Shown here piece after piece: positions 62,413-64,000 of a DNA stretch of 64,000 nucleotides. The position numbers and the translations under genes are program-made. Position 1 is the stretch's first letter; each line of letters opens with the position of its first letter. The notes below the pieces were generated by a model. It ran no database searches and was not told where the DNA came from. It worked only from the letters and a program-made list of their open reading frames with translations. The stretch is from Squalus acanthias (Eukaryota), in the NCBI GenBank assembly GCA_030390025.1, contig CM059430.1, positions 4,030,001 to 4,094,000 on the forward strand, given 5' to 3'.

Positions 62413-64000
62413 TGACCCGGCCAGGAGGGGAGGAGGGAGTGAGGGGGGTTGCTGGGGCAGGAGGGGGGTGGTGGGTGGTGGTGGTGGGGGTCAGATCCTA
62501 TCCCAATCACCAGGCCAATCCTCCCCATTCATTCAAATATAACATTTTTGAAGGGTTTTTTTTTCTTCTTCCCCCCGCAAAAAAATATATAACACAAGAA
62601 TCCGAGCTCGGGATCAGCAGTTTTTACAAATCGCGTCCAGAATTTGACCCGGGGGGGGAAAAAAAGACAAAATGTAAGGGAATCTCGTCGGATCTTTCTG
62701 CTCAATAAACTTTGCCTTCTCCATTGATTTTTGTGTACAAAAGTAATAAAAATCGCCTTCGATCTGGTATCAGATGAACTGAAATGGTGTGTTTGCTGTA
62801 CAAATGATCTCAATGACTGACTGATGTGTCCTCGCTCCCTATTGAGCCTCGATTATCTGTCCATCTCCCTCTCCACTTCACTTCTGCTCTCGGATTACTT
62901 CACTCTGTTTATTTTATTTCTCTCTCTACCTTGCTCCATCTGAGTCTCTTCATCGAGTCCATCTCATTGTTTTTTTGTGGTGGTGGTGTTGTTGTTGTTG
63001 TTGCCCCGACCCTTTCCTCCCCTCTCGCTCCCTGATTAAATCTGCCCGATGTCCCAGTCTCCCTGATGGGAGTCTATCCCATCCTTTCATTTCTCTGCGT
63101 TATCTCGTCCCAATCTGGGCTCGCTTCGTCCTGTCCTTTCCCCCCTCCTGTATCTGCCAACAACACACCATCTCCCTTCCCACTGCTCTGCTTTCCCCTT
63201 CATTCTTCCCCTGTTTTCATGTTCTCCATTTCGTCTATCGCCCTTTGCCCCCTTTCCCTTCCTTTCTGCGTTTCATCTTGCCGTTTTCACTCTCTCTCCG
63301 TCCTTCTCTCATCTTTATCTTCCACTCCCGATTCCTTTACTCCGATCCCTGTCTCTCTCTCTCTCTCCCCCCATTTCTTTCTTTTTCTCCTATTCGCCCT
63401 CTTTCACCGTCTCCCCTCTTCTTTCGCTCTGATCATCTTATCTCTTCCTTGCCCTCTCTGTCACTCGCACTCCAAGAGCTTTTTCCCCTCTTTACTTCTT
63501 TCTTTCATTCGCTCCATCTCTCTCTCTCTCTCTCTCTCTTCCCTCCCTCCCTCTCTACCTCCGGGATTTCTCTTCCGATCTGAGTGCAGCTCGCTGACTC
63601 TCCGGCTCTTTTTAAACACATTCTCCAAAACCGATCGATCACATGTGACTCTGAGAATCCGAAAATAAAGTCAACACGGGATCAAGGCTTTCCTACATTC
63701 AGCTTCCCTCCCTCCCCCCCCCCTCTCCACCCACCCCCCCTCAACATCCCAGGAACTGAGAAAGAATGAAAACAAAATCCCGAAAAAGAAAATAAAAATA
63801 AGAGAGAAAAAAAAAAACTCTTAACCCCGCCGTCTTACGATCCCGGGACTCGAGGAGGAGGAGGGAGAAAAACAAAATGAAGAACTTGGAAATCCAACCT
63901 CTTGTAGCCTACCGCATCCCAACTAACACATCCAGGGACAGAGAGAGAACAAACAGGACGGAGAAAGAAAGCCCCGAGCCCGGCCACAGAAGCAGAGCGA
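62150..64000 (-). promoter_or_regulatory. CpG-island-like, promoter-proximal region
   Basis: Clear rise in CpG density at 62150-62420 and 63570-64000 against the CpG-depleted remainder. Possible first-exon donor ATC|GTAAGA at 63839/63838. Confidence 0.6.
63010..63580 (+). repeat. CT-rich low-complexity polypyrimidine tract with (CT)n runs
   Basis: About 570 bp almost entirely C/T on the + strand, which explains the spurious S/L/P/F-rich ORFs there. Confidence 0.9.

Noticed and set aside
62975-63668. 200-aa hydrophobic ORFs as membrane proteins
   Set aside because: They are a by-product of stop-poor CT-rich low-complexity sequence.
63887-64000. Plus-strand ATG frame open to the window edge (MKNLEIQPLV..)
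   Set aside because: Short and unrecognised, and strand composition and splice signals favour a minus-strand gene. It cannot be excluded without flanking sequence.
1-64000. Naming the host gene or species
   Set aside because: No coding exon was recognised, so any symbol would be a guess.

Overview
This is eukaryotic, non-coding, repeat-rich DNA. Its repeats (a tRNA-head Deu-domain SINE, CR1, L2 and RTE LINE ends, PIF/Harbinger derivatives, Penelope-like hairpins) look like those of a cartilaginous fish, probably a shark; that assignment is an inference from memory of these families. I found no recognisable host protein-coding exon, no rRNA or true tRNA gene, and no CRISPR array. The only ORFs I recognise are transposon-derived: CR1 ORF2 (10094-10564), a Harbinger Myb/SANT protein (17369-18007), a CR1/L2-group ORF2 (38100-38462) and RTE ORF2 (45329-45874). 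A CpG-rich region at 62-64 kb, an apparent A/C excess on the + strand and several minus-strand splice-site pairs suggest these are the 5' introns of an unidentified minus-strand gene starting at or beyond the right edge. The most notable structure is two ~220-bp insertions (1167-1391, 44602-44816). Each has target-site duplications and a long inverted repeat, and each arm carries a minimal hammerhead-ribozyme motif of the Penelope type. All coordinates were read by eye and boundaries of decayed repeats are approximate.
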